From a virus: 64,000 bases of DNA. Within the stretch, counting starts at the first letter, position 1, and every line of letters starts with the position of its first letter. Positions 8,801-18,115 of this stretch are shown here, in pieces. Made by a program: the position numbers and the translations under genes. The notes below the pieces were generated by a model. The model worked only from the letters and a program-made list of their open reading frames with translations. It had not been told where the DNA came from and ran no database searches. The DNA lies in IMG/VR virus record IMGVR_UViG_3300018036_000004, positions 38,477 through 102,476 of that record. One strand, 5' to 3'.

Positions 8801-11035
8801 AAGTGTGTTAAGACCACCCGCACTCGCTAATGCAAAGATACCTAAGGTGGCTTGGTTAATAGCTAAAGCATAGTAACCAACATCTACAGTACCTGTAGCG
8901 ATACAAGCCATAATAAGTTTACCATCAACAATAAACTCTAAGTTCTTATTAGTTTCGTCTACTACATAAGTAGTGTATCCACTAGAGGCTGTATACACAA
9001 TCTCATTACTCACAAGTTGTGCGTGTATACCGCAACCTGCACCTGTTGGATCACTTAAGTCCACAAAGCCACCAGTAACAGTAGACCCTTCAAACTCTAC
9101 ATCAAAATGGTCAGAACCATTAGAGATAAGATAGTAAGGACCTGTACCTGGTACAGTGTATTTAGCCAATGTTGCATCTTGACTGTCGAATGTAACAGTT
9201 ACATCTTCTTCTACTGAACCTTGATAGAAGTTAGTATTAAAAGGTGTTTCTACACGACAATCAGGAAGTCTTTCTGTACCACTTGGAAACTGTAATTCGA
9301 TAGTAGCCAACCCACTGGACTTAGATCCAAATTGTGGTGTTACTAAGGCATTACTGTTTTCGTCTGTGATAGTATAAGTACCAACACCACTTGCTCCAGC
9401 CGTATTACTAACAATAGAGTACTCTAGGTCTACTAATGTGTTGTAATAGAATGTAGCGTATACTGTGGCCCCTACAGGTACTGCTTGTGCTAAAGTGATA
9501 GTATTGGTTTCACTATCAACCTTAGTTACTTGTACACGACCACGATTAACAGCGTCTTCTACAGAGAATCCCCAATAAGCCCAAACCAGGTCTGGTCTAT
9601 TGGTTGGAAGATCGTAACGACCATTAGATACTTTGTTGTATGTATCAGAAGACAGAGGAGTATTTCTACCATTACCCGTTGTGGCTTGTAAAGGTAAAGT
9701 GAACTCTTTACGACCTTCTACTGCAGGAGAAGTTGCTGTATTTACAACGGCTGTACATTCTGCTAAGTATTGTCTAACATCTACCAAAGAAGAGGTAACT
9801 TGTGTTCCATCGAAGAAGTTGTAACCCAAAGTGTGAACACCAGACTCAACAGTACTAGCAGTACCCCAAAGGATTAAGTCGTCCTTTAGAATAAAGTCCG
9901 CACCGGCTGTGTAATCCTGACGATCTGGTGTAATACCACATTGTGTGATTTGAGTAACACCACGATGTGCCAGATAATCAAAAGTGTCCTGCCAAGAGTT
10001 AAAGTAATACTGACAAGATACAGTATCTCCAACCTTTGGAGCGAAAGGTAAAGTAATAGCACCAGATTGTCCATCTACTGAAGTAGGGATTACTTGGATA
10101 CCGTTTACTTTAACTGTTACATCCGCGGGATCTGTTGAGGTAATACCACCATTAGAACCATCTACGATAGGTCTTTGGAATGTGTAGAACACATTATTTC
10201 TTGGAGTAGTTTGTCCTAGAGTAAGTCCTAATGTAGTATTAGCAGACCCGTTAAGGATTTCAATACTATTATCAGCACTTAATACTACAACAGTGTCTCC
10301 AAAGTTATTAACTGTAGTAGAACCACTTAAAGAAGTACTACCACTACCACCATTAATAAAAGCAGCGATTTGAGCGGCTGTCCAAGGAGCGCCCGCGGCA
10401 CTTGGAAGAATTGTAATGTCCAAAGTAGTTTGGTTATCTACCAAGATTTTAAGAGTGTCGTTTACACCTTGTGTGATTACAAAAGGTTCACCTTTTGCTC
10501 CGTAAATAATAGGTGCTTGGGATGTAACTTGTTCAGACAAGTTATCCGTAATCAAAGTGTCTGTTCTATTAAAGAAGTAAGTAACTCTTACTTCGTCACC
10601 TAAACTAGGAGAAGTAGAAAGTTTTAAAATACCTTTAGAACCGTCAATAGCCAGAACTACTACGGGTTCATTATTAATAGTTACAGAAACACTACCGGTA
10701 TCTTTTGCAGTAGTTCCTGAACCGTCTCCTGTTACAATAGGAAAATGTTTAACTTGAATACGATCCAAGTTACCATCAAAAGCACCTAAAGTTACATTAC
10801 CAGTTTGGGAAATACTAACAACAGCACGACCTGTTTCATCTTCTTGAACAATGCGTTGGTCTACTGAAGAAGAAGAACCACGAACAAGTTCAAGTTGATT
10901 TTGTGTTAAGATTTCAGAGCCCGTTCCTACCAATAAAGGAATACGGACATTAGAGGCCACACCTTGTAAAGGGTCCTCAAAGTTTGTTTGGGTATACACA
11001 CCGGGAGGGGCGTATATAGAACCTGGGAAAGTCAT
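5885..11035 (-). CDS. contractile tail sheath protein, very large (1716 aa)
   Basis: N-terminal YAPPGVYT; C-terminal sheath domain (ERTAIVG, YVAAAWAG, IEVEAYYQPVFPLIYIVITFNV); AGGAG RBS. Confidence 0.85.
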   Translation of the reverse strand: MTFPGSIYAPPGVYTQTNFEDPLQGVASNVRIPLLVGTGSEILTQNQLELVRGSSSSVDQRIVQEDETGRAVVSISQTGNVTLGAFDGNLDRIQVKHFPIVTGDGSGTTAKDTGSVSVTINNEPVVVLAIDGSKGILKLSTSPSLGDEVRVTYFFNRTDTLITDNLSEQVTSQAPIIYGAKGEPFVITQGVNDTLKILVDNQTTLDITILPSAAGAPWTAAQIAAFINGGSGSTSLSGSTTVNNFGDTVVVLSADNSIEILNGSANTTLGLTLGQTTPRNNVFYTFQRPIVDGSNGGITSTDPADVTVKVNGIQVIPTSVDGQSGAITLPFAPKVGDTVSCQYYFNSWQDTFDYLAHRGVTQITQCGITPDRQDYTAGADFILKDDLILWGTASTVESGVHTLGYNFFDGTQVTSSLVDVRQYLAECTAVVNTATSPAVEGRKEFTLPLQATTGNGRNTPLSSDTYNKVSNGRYDLPTNRPDLVWAYWGFSVEDAVNRGRVQVTKVDSETNTITLAQAVPVGATVYATFYYNTLVDLEYSIVSNTAGASGVGTYTITDENSNALVTPQFGSKSSGLATIELQFPSGTERLPDCRVETPFNTNFYQGSVEEDVTVTFDSQDATLAKYTVPGTGPYYLISNGSDHFDVEFEGSTVTGGFVDLSDPTGAGCGIHAQLVSNEIVYTASSGYTTYVVDETNKNLEFIVDGKLIMACIATGTVDVGYYALAINQATLGIFALASAGGLNTLTIPASEMPCDTDNLYAGWQLVCTGGTGVSTTVRTVTASVNGVLTLDGGTFDATSVFHLYNPDAAPSITGVTQFLAPTVISASEFDQIELNYTGSVKGSVPISVTIPASTYGSVSDLVSAIQTAVNTAVGVAGLSCIITVEADTSGRLVFSLIPDHTDTDGGFLEFVTNGTPARDFAVLAGFDTDSAQGGQAKLVNGKIARVFSLTGASGQKRYDRLILRNRLVPGKSGSMDGQYVQDQAFIQVLGGSGNNNCGLTSNEIGVSGIRGTVMEPTISSHIGLEGGQDGSGQPLVTFYGPSSTNPQSNIFKFTFEGVPVTIEFTDGTGGAITTSADVPLGPIGTANTVLNQIQAAMVAQGLASGLVMQEGVGIRFRGASSSSDASITIGNGSANDTLGFNTGEQVFRTVVEVETLVSALLAHDQASIALHLIDWADGGASAYFTKVGIAKTIRDSVGGEFLYLQSLGTSGVGTSSSIAIVEAAVDSVTRPGTGLGVTGGEGNVGEPSIDGFYVTSSDPIDGSGSANTSVLNSGNGQDGNVGQTYRDLVTGLTFTVLPRPGGASYPTGESFTFKLRKVVTTDSNLPINTLPGVETIVSNTLGVNVGDSAVVTTYASGGNEPSVGDIYYVSYNYRKQDFSSQIYTKQATVEQAFGEKTPSNPVSLGAYLAFLNGAVIIAIKQVEKDEDINNDGTPDSASIDAYIKAIDEVEGSLPGGIYPNYIVPMRGDSLPMFQYLARHCDIQSSIRYRAERTAIVGVSAGTQPRQVGNIAEAVKRSRLRIMYPDIVTLSLTAADGSVKSYLVDGTYVAAAWAGNRASPTIDVATPWTRGRIVGFDEVARKLDAVAQNQVAVRGVTVIGQDRQVISVRHGLTTDMTNTLSRTPSVITIADEVQRQARATLDRFIGIKFLPGITSQIEGQLNATLKGLVGNQIIATFIPASAKVSETDATAIEVEAYYQPVFPLIYIVITFNVRSSL

Positions 11036-11138
11036 TTTAAACTCCTAGTTTAAAGTACAAGAAAAAGGATCTAACCACGATAGTGGAACTAATACTCTTA
11101 GTTAATAGAAAGAGTATTGTGTTTAATATACACAAAGA

Positions 11139-11594
11139 TTATTGTTTATCTTTTTTAAACTTTTCAGAGAGTTTTTTATTATAATCTTCAGCCAACGACC
11201 TATTTACATTAACCCTATCTATCTCTTGTTGTGTAAGTGTTCTGTACGAACCATCCCCTGTAGGTGTTAAGTGATCCATATGAACATCCCTACCACTTCT
11301 TCTTTCGTCTAAAGCTGTAGCAATTTTAACATCCCTTCTTTTATGAATCACTTCCCACTTCTGTTCAGCATCCCTACCTATAACTTTATCGTAGTTATAA
11401 TCAATACCAGACACTCCAGTGTTTTGAGGTATAGGACCTGTTGGTGTATGTTGAAAAGTAAAACTGGAACCGGAAACTTGTTTGTCTGCTAACTCATTAC
11501 AACAAGTACAAGGGCAGGTTTCTCTTTGTGTAGTACTTCTTAGTTGTTCAAACTCTAAACCACAATGTGAACATAAGTATTTATATCTAGGCAT
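11139..11594 (-). CDS. FmdB-family zinc-ribbon protein
   Basis: MPRYKYLCSHCGLEFE...CPCTCC. Confidence 0.7.
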   Translation of the reverse strand: MPRYKYLCSHCGLEFEQLRSTTQRETCPCTCCNELADKQVSGSSFTFQHTPTGPIPQNTGVSGIDYNYDKVIGRDAEQKWEVIHKRRDVKIATALDERRSGRDVHMDHLTPTGDGSYRTLTQQEIDRVNVNRSLAEDYNKKLSEKFKKDKQ

Positions 11595-11847
11595 TAGTAT
11601 CCTCGTCCAGAAACCACTGATTATTTTTGTATACAATCCAAGTACAATCACTCTCAAAAACATCTAAATGAATCTTGTTCATAAGTGTTCGAGTAATACC
11701 TATCGTGTGTATAGAACTATTGTCCATACTAAGTTGAAAGTGTAAGTTATCCGCAACCTTTTCGGCTTTATAGTAATCCCTTAAAGCACATACAATTATA
11801 GGTTTAGAATGTTCGTTTGATGTATACCAAAGTAAATAAACTTTCAT
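11587..11847 (-). CDS. hypothetical protein
   Basis: ORF with GAGG RBS. Confidence 0.55.
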   Translation of the reverse strand: MKVYLLWYTSNEHSKPIIVCALRDYYKAEKVADNLHFQLSMDNSSIHTIGITRTLMNKIHLDVFESDCTWIVYKNNQWFLDEDTNA

Positions 11848-11873
11848 GTTTCCTCTTGTTTAAATAAGTATAC

Positions 11874-12671
11874 TCACTCATCCAACAAGGTATAACTAAA
11901 AGTTTCTCTTCCTGTTTTCTCTACTTGTAGATGTGCCAGTTTTAACATCTTCTCAAAGTCGGCTAATCTTTTAAAGACCTGACAACCTGCAGACCACCTA
12001 TTAACATTCTCACTTTCTCCATTAGCAGAAGACCTATGTATGTTAATACCGAAATATCCACTAGCAATAGTTTTTTCACTACGGTCTAGAATACTATCTT
12101 TGTCACCATCCCTGTAAATCTTAACCTTACCAGACCTTTGACATAACGCTTCATACTTACCTTGATGTAGACCGAGTTTCCAAGTGTCTAAGTATTGTCC
12201 TTCTACTAAGATAGCCGTACCCACAACATAACTAGGATTCTCTAACCAGTATGTACCAGGATCTGTTGTACCTGGCCAAAAGTAAGAGTGCCATCCACCA
12301 TCTGCGTAATAGTAACAACCTAATGTGTCGTCAAACTTATTAGACTGTGTTTCTTTAGAACGGATTCCAAATAACCAAAGTCTATATGGTTCATCCCATA
12401 TCTCGTACCCTAACTTACGAGCCTTATCTAATATAGGGGGTAAAGGTGCTGTGGGTTCGTACTTAGTAGGGACTTGTAATAAACCAGTCCAAGTATCTTC
12501 TCCTACAATGCCGTCTGATAATAAACCCTTATCTTGTTGAAACTTACACACAATTTTGTGTGTAGTAGGTCCGAAGTCCCCATCTACAGATAAAGTATAA
12601 CCATGTTGTTTTAATAGTTTTTGTAGTTTTCTTACATCGGCACCTTTGTCGCCTTTCTTTAAAATGTCCAT
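11874..12671 (-). CDS. endolysin: peptidoglycan-binding domain plus Cys/His (YkuD-like) catalytic domain
   Basis: LKKGDKGADVRKLQ...DGDFGPTT...FQ...DGIVGxxTW; GINIH...WSAGCQV. Confidence 0.8.
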   Translation of the reverse strand: MDILKKGDKGADVRKLQKLLKQHGYTLSVDGDFGPTTHKIVCKFQQDKGLLSDGIVGEDTWTGLLQVPTKYEPTAPLPPILDKARKLGYEIWDEPYRLWLFGIRSKETQSNKFDDTLGCYYYADGGWHSYFWPGTTDPGTYWLENPSYVVGTAILVEGQYLDTWKLGLHQGKYEALCQRSGKVKIYRDGDKDSILDRSEKTIASGYFGINIHRSSANGESENVNRWSAGCQVFKRLADFEKMLKLAHLQVEKTGRETFSYTLLDE

Positions 12672-12682
12672 TAAAAAAACTC

Positions 12683-13906
12683 CTATTTAATAATCTCGAA
12701 ATCTTTCGTTCTATTAGAGTAGAACGGGTCTCTTAACTCTACTAACTTTAAACTCTCTACTAAAGTTAAAGTTGTAGGGTTTCCTGTTTCTATTAACTCA
12801 TCATCTGTTAAAGCATTGGTAGCTACTTCAGATACAAGTTGGTGGGGTACAACACGAGATAAGTATCTCGGCATTGGTTTAAACATAAACCAATCTGTCA
12901 TAACTGTTACAGACACGCTTGCGGTGTAAAAATAATCATCCCCATTATCATCATATGTTTCTTCACCTTCTCCACCTAAAGAAACATCTGTAATAACAAT
13001 ACCTTCCTTGCCTAATCGATCCCTTAATGTTGTGTACAAGTACATTACAGTGCGATCCGCTATCTCACCTTGTGAGTAAAGGTCTCTAGCCATTATGTCA
13101 AAGTCTAAACTAAGTTCCCAGTTACCGCCGTACTGTAAAAAGACATCTTCCCTTTGTCTAGTTACAAGTACACACATTACATCTCCAGCAAAAGCTCTTC
13201 TTCCAAAGGCTAGTATAACACCTGGTATGGCCGTATTGTTAGTACCATTTTCTTCTAATACATAAGGACCTGTAGATTGTCCTGCGTATCTATAGTCAAC
13301 ACTTAAAGACAAGTTGTTAGGTAAGGCTTTTAATAAAGTAATAGTACCTGTCTCTGGGTCTGCTGTATAGTTAACACCCTCGTAGTAAGGAAAATTACCG
13401 GGTACTTCGAATACTCGTAAGGAACCTGCATGAAAACCACCAGCACCTACTTCGAAAGTATAGTTGTTAATCCTTAAAGGTATTTCATTAACTATCTCTA
13501 ATAAAGGGTCTACATAGAACACAAGTTTATCTCTAGGTTCCCCTTTAACTAAAACTTGCTCTTCGACTACCTCTATATAATAGATACCTGGTGGTGTTGG
13601 AAACTTACTATTGTTTTGTTGAATGGCTACACTGTCTTCTTTAATCCATTCAATACTAGTACCTTGTTTACCATAGTAACCAGTAAGGGTACAGTAAGAA
13701 GACACTGTACCCATAAAATGGTCTGCGGCTAACGATGTAGCGGACGCTGAGTTACTTTTAAGAATAATAGCCTGTTGAGGTCTTTCTTCGAAAGAGAACT
13801 TACCTTGAATAACAAGATTATCTTTATACTGGGGTTCCGTAGACCAATAGTTACGTAACTCCATTATAAATCTTCTTTTAATACTCTCCGTTAAGTTTGC
13901 AAACAT
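12683..13906 (-). CDS. putative virion neck/tail-completion protein
   Basis: Beta-rich; shares the DxETGTITL...V.Y repeat with the sheath; lies near the sheath gene. Confidence 0.45.
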   Translation of the reverse strand: MFANLTESIKRRFIMELRNYWSTEPQYKDNLVIQGKFSFEERPQQAIILKSNSASATSLAADHFMGTVSSYCTLTGYYGKQGTSIEWIKEDSVAIQQNNSKFPTPPGIYYIEVVEEQVLVKGEPRDKLVFYVDPLLEIVNEIPLRINNYTFEVGAGGFHAGSLRVFEVPGNFPYYEGVNYTADPETGTITLLKALPNNLSLSVDYRYAGQSTGPYVLEENGTNNTAIPGVILAFGRRAFAGDVMCVLVTRQREDVFLQYGGNWELSLDFDIMARDLYSQGEIADRTVMYLYTTLRDRLGKEGIVITDVSLGGEGEETYDDNGDDYFYTASVSVTVMTDWFMFKPMPRYLSRVVPHQLVSEVATNALTDDELIETGNPTTLTLVESLKLVELRDPFYSNRTKDFEIIK

Positions 13907-14571
13907 ACAGGGTCATCTTTAAAGGGTGTTTAAGTAAGGTTTTTTACAGTCGATAGTTTGTTGGAACTTTTACCTTTAGGATTCCTTTGGTTTCATTATC
14001 TATATCCCAACCAAGACCTCCCCTTCGTTCAACATCAAATGCTCTCGACCAGTCTTCCATATCCTCTAGAAAAGTATTATAAAAGTTATCACGGTCACGA
14101 CCAAGATTGTACAATGTCCCAGAAGATGTAGTGATAGTGTATTCGAACTGCACATAAGGCATTCTATTCATTTCTATAATTTCGAAATCACTTACAACCT
14201 GTAATTCACGACGGTTTCGGCCGCGGCTATAAGACCTAGCTAATGTTGTAACCTTGTCCCGAACCAAGTCTAACCACTGTTGGGGTGTTCCAGCATCACT
14301 TAACCTTTCAGTTTCCGCTTGTAAAAATGTCTTATACCCTTCTAAGTGTCCTAGTAAGTTATCCTTTTCTCTTCCAGTCTGACCACGCATATAGTGCTTC
14401 AAAGTTTCTAAGGCTGAAAGTGTTTCCCTTATATTTATTAATTGTTCCTGTTTAGAAGCCAGTTTCTTTAATTGTTGAACTTCTTTAAGAAGTTGTTTTG
14501 CTGTTAATTTTCTCATGTGTTAACTCCTAGTTAACCTATTAAATTAATGTTTGCAAACATACATGGTCATC
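13895..14571. repeat. 23-bp direct repeats (13895-13917, 14549-14571) flanking gene 13944..14516
   Basis: GTTTGCAAACATACA(G/T)GGTCATC, one mismatch. Confidence 0.85.
13944..14516 (-). CDS. leader-A protein (putative internal head protein)
   Basis: MRKLTAKQLLKEVQQLKKLAS leader; AGGAG RBS. Confidence 0.7.
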   Translation of the reverse strand: MRKLTAKQLLKEVQQLKKLASKQEQLINIRETLSALETLKHYMRGQTGREKDNLLGHLEGYKTFLQAETERLSDAGTPQQWLDLVRDKVTTLARSYSRGRNRRELQVVSDFEIIEMNRMPYVQFEYTITTSSGTLYNLGRDRDNFYNTFLEDMEDWSRAFDVERRGGLGWDIDNETKGILKVKVPTNYRL

Positions 14572-15234
14572 CTAATATGCGTCTTTATTGTCTAGGTAAT
14601 TCATTAGAATTTTTGGTGCTTCTTTATCAAACACAGATTTAAAATGTGTAAAACACTTATCCATCGACTCATCTATATTTGGAGTAAGAATATTTTTCTC
14701 AACATCGTAAGGGTCTTGAAACAACCCGTAAAAATCACATTCGCTCTTATTGGTCCCATCTCTTGCGATCACATAATTGAACAAAATGAAATCACGACCC
14801 ACGACTAACTTCATCTCTACATGTCCCCAAGCACCTTTACCCCCTATATTAGATTTTATTTTCCAATCTAAACCTGTTTTCTTAGCCCAATTTTCCATAT
14901 AAGACAGGATTTTACCATAGGTGTCTTCAATGGCTTGTTTAGCGTCTTGGTCACATTCAGAACCTTGTTTCCACCAATCTATACAAACCTTTTGTTTTTG
15001 TACTCGAATAGGCTGTGTTCTTGTATAGGTGACATAGGCTATGTCACCTTGAACATTAATGTCTTCGATATAATGTTGTGAGACATGCTGAGCAGCCCAA
15101 GACTCTACTTGACCCAACAGGTCTTCTTCGTCTTCGTAAACGAAAACATAATCTTCTAACCAGTCTTTAGAGGCCAGTTTCTTTAATTGTTGAACTTCAA
15201 GAAGAAGTTGTTTTGCTGTCAGTTTTTTATTCAT
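14572..15234 (-). CDS. leader-A protein (putative internal head protein)
   Basis: MNKKLTAKQLLLEVQQLKKLAS leader. Confidence 0.7.
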   Translation of the reverse strand: MNKKLTAKQLLLEVQQLKKLASKDWLEDYVFVYEDEEDLLGQVESWAAQHVSQHYIEDINVQGDIAYVTYTRTQPIRVQKQKVCIDWWKQGSECDQDAKQAIEDTYGKILSYMENWAKKTGLDWKIKSNIGGKGAWGHVEMKLVVGRDFILFNYVIARDGTNKSECDFYGLFQDPYDVEKNILTPNIDESMDKCFTHFKSVFDKEAPKILMNYLDNKDAY

Positions 15235-15307
15235 AACACACCTTTTTGGAATTGTTATTTTAACATAAATGTTTTTTGTATAAGGATTCTATTGAATGTA
15301 TCTCTAG

Positions 15308-16753
15308 TTAATCTATTAAATAAATGTAAGCACTGGAGTCTGTCTCGATAATACCATCGTCAAACATAATCTCTAAAACCTGACTTACTTGTTTAGCGTC
15401 TACTTTAAACTTACGCATTACTTGTTTTGTTAAGTCTTCAATGAAAATAGCATCTTTACGACTTAGTAAGTCTTGAATGTACTTTTCCATCTTAGACTGT
15501 AAGTTTGCAAACTTCCACTTATTACGATCCATCATGTCCTTAGGTGAAAAGGTATTACGTTTAGGAAGAAACTTGTCAAAGTCATATCGTCCGTCTCCTT
15601 CTCGGGCTTGTAACCAAGCCAAAACACCTCTAGCAGAACCATGTGTACCAAACCTTTTAACAATGGAGAATCTATTATCTACCATGTACATTGTGTAACG
15701 ATCAATGTACTTGTTATTTTCAGAATCTGCGTTTCTTAAAGCAAGGAATGTGTATTCAGGAGAGATTCTTTTAGTGAAACTAGATTGATCTCTGGACCAT
15801 CCCGCTACACCTACGGCAGAGTGTGTAGGTATACCTTTTCTAGGAACACTGTCACCTTGTTTGTAGATAGGATACCCATAACCATTAAAGTCCGCTTTAA
15901 AGTTTCTACGGGCTTGTCTAGACTGGTTCATTTTAACAGCCCCTTGTAAATCCGGTTGTTCGGATTCTACAACAAACCTGTTTAAAGTAGACACATCACT
16001 ACCACCGGGTAACTCTAAAATCTCGTCTGGAGTTAAAGGACTAGCTTCGTACTCTTTCTTTTCCTGTGATAGTGGGCTTTGGTGGCCTCTATCTTCTTTT
16101 AAAGTATTTTTAAAAGTAGTAGGGTCATTAGAAACAGCGTTGGACTCTGCAAACTGTGAAACCTCTACTTTACGAGGATCTTTGTAAAAGATTTCGGCGG
16201 CGTCTATATCTTCCGAAACTCTTCTGTTTAATTTGGCTGTTCTAGGTTCTACAATCTGTTGTAACAAGTATAAGTTACTTTCGTGGTTGGAAGCCAATGT
16301 GATTAATAAATCCTCTAGACCTATTGTCATTAAACCAAAACCTTTTAAGTCCTCAATACTTTGTTCGATTAACTGTAAAAAGAACCTTTCAATGTGTAAG
16401 CCTCTTTTAATAGGATCTTGTACCTGAGAGAAACCTTGTAGGTATGAAAACATCAAAGGTGCTTGGTAGGCTAGTTTAAGTTGGCTAGTTCCCATAACCC
16501 CACCAATCTTTTCCGCCAAACTATCAATCTCTTCGTTTGTAGAGTTGTACAGTCTTTCGAAAAGTAAGTGGTCTTGGAAAAAGTGTGATCCGTATACAGT
16601 CCAATGGGAAGTCTGGTAAGAAATAGACATTGCTCTTAAACAGGCTAAAACAGGTCCTAGGATCTGTCCACCTACGGCCACCATTTCTAAGTCGTTAGTC
16701 ACATACCCATTTTTAGTAAAGTTTTCGTATTGTTGTTCCATAGTATCTTCCAT
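15308..16753 (-). CDS. Dps/ferritin-like domain fused to further small domains (may start at 16840 through an in-frame TGA)
   Basis: HWTVYGSHFFQDHLLFERLY...IDSLAEK Dps signature; RTA, RQA and KFA motifs between domains. Confidence 0.75.
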   Translation of the reverse strand: MEDTMEQQYENFTKNGYVTNDLEMVAVGGQILGPVLACLRAMSISYQTSHWTVYGSHFFQDHLLFERLYNSTNEEIDSLAEKIGGVMGTSQLKLAYQAPLMFSYLQGFSQVQDPIKRGLHIERFFLQLIEQSIEDLKGFGLMTIGLEDLLITLASNHESNLYLLQQIVEPRTAKLNRRVSEDIDAAEIFYKDPRKVEVSQFAESNAVSNDPTTFKNTLKEDRGHQSPLSQEKKEYEASPLTPDEILELPGGSDVSTLNRFVVESEQPDLQGAVKMNQSRQARRNFKADFNGYGYPIYKQGDSVPRKGIPTHSAVGVAGWSRDQSSFTKRISPEYTFLALRNADSENNKYIDRYTMYMVDNRFSIVKRFGTHGSARGVLAWLQAREGDGRYDFDKFLPKRNTFSPKDMMDRNKWKFANLQSKMEKYIQDLLSRKDAIFIEDLTKQVMRKFKVDAKQVSQVLEIMFDDGIIETDSSAYIYLID

Positions 16754-16928
16754 TTCGATTTCTTCGTTATACTCATAAGGACCACCCTGCCCCTCATAAG
16801 AACCTCAACCCCTTTTGAGTCTGCGTTGTTGTTTCCACATTGTTTTCACCGTATTAGTTTGTCTATCTAAGTTGTATAGTAATAACATTTTATGTAGACG
16901 ATAGTGTTTCTATTGAGAGGAGTGTTAC

Positions 16929-17318
16929 ATGAATATACAGTTTAAATTAAGTTTAGAATCTGAATACGAACTGTATGATTATTACGGGTATCCAGTAATA
17001 CCACAAAAGTTATTTTCGGATATTTACTATAAACATAATGTTAAAACTAACTCTGTGGCTTTTGTTTCAAGACAAGACAATAAGTATCTTATGTTAATGG
17101 TACCTATACCTAAATACTTAAACAGAGACGACCTTGAAAGAGTTACTTATCGTAATGACTTTTACTTTAGATGTGAGTTTATGTCTAATATAGAAGGTAA
17201 TCACGATAAGTGTTTCTTTATGGTTAAGGCTTTAGATGTAGACACTATACCTTATGTAGATACAAGTATCTGGGGTATATTTAATAGACAAATACAAGAG
17301 TTAAAGAGTAAAGAATGA
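16929..17318 (+). CDS. hypothetical protein
   Basis: GAGGAG RBS. Confidence 0.6.
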   Translation: MNIQFKLSLESEYELYDYYGYPVIPQKLFSDIYYKHNVKTNSVAFVSRQDNKYLMLMVPIPKYLNRDDLERVTYRNDFYFRCEFMSNIEGNHDKCFFMVKALDVDTIPYVDTSIWGIFNRQIQELKSKE

Positions 17319-18115
17319 GAGTTATAAACAGATGGAAAGAGTGTTACGAAGGTGTTCACACTCAAACACCACCCAATGAGTTTAAACAGTTGTTTTGTAA
17401 TAGCTGTATGAACACATCTTGTGAGTTATCTAAAGGTGGGGGTTTATCTTGGTCTAAACGCATGGCCTATCAAGTAGAGCGAATGTTAAACGATCCAAAG
17501 TTTGCAGACGAAAGGGACCCAGAGTTCCAACAAATTAGAAACTTAGACTTTAAAGACTTATTACATAGAGAACTAACTTTAAAGGTAAGTTCGGACAGAG
17601 GGGACTGGTCTATACCAACAGACATAGAAGTTTCTGTAGAGGCTAGTAAGTTACTTAATACTATTGATGAGTTAGAACACCCACAAGGTTTTACACCAGA
17701 ACTTTTACCAGAGGCTGTATTACCTCAACAACCTGTTCAACAGGATACAGAATACAAGTACTTTGTAAAAGGTAGTGGAGATAACACTTACATTGTTACT
17801 AATACAAAAGATAACTGGACTTGTACTTGTCCTAGTTTTACTTACTCTAAGTTAGACACACCTACTTGTAAACATATAGACCAACATAAGCCTGTTAAAC
17901 AAGACACACAAGACACAACACAAGAAGCGCCAGTACCAAGACCACCTCCTATTAATAAAGTCCCACAAATGAACACACAACAACCTACAACAGGTATTAT
18001 GTTAAGTGGAAATAAAGAACAGCCCGAAGATGTAGATCCATGGGCTGCTCCTAGTGAAGTTAGTTCAGACAAAGGTACATTAAAGTCTGGAATGAAGTTT
18101 AGTTTTAAGAAGTGA
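17315..18115 (+). CDS. SWIM zinc-finger protein
   Basis: WTCTCPSF...CKH. Confidence 0.7.
   Translation: MRVINRWKECYEGVHTQTPPNEFKQLFCNSCMNTSCELSKGGGLSWSKRMAYQVERMLNDPKFADERDPEFQQIRNLDFKDLLHRELTLKVSSDRGDWSIPTDIEVSVEASKLLNTIDELEHPQGFTPELLPEAVLPQQPVQQDTEYKYFVKGSGDNTYIVTNTKDNWTCTCPSFTYSKLDTPTCKHIDQHKPVKQDTQDTTQEAPVPRPPPINKVPQMNTQQPTTGIMLSGNKEQPEDVDPWAAPSEVSSDKGTLKSGMKFSFKK

Noticed and set aside
7290-10603. Plus-strand ORFs antisense to the sheath (and similar shadow ORFs throughout the track)
   Set aside because: They fully overlap well-supported genes on the opposite strand and lack RBS and motifs.
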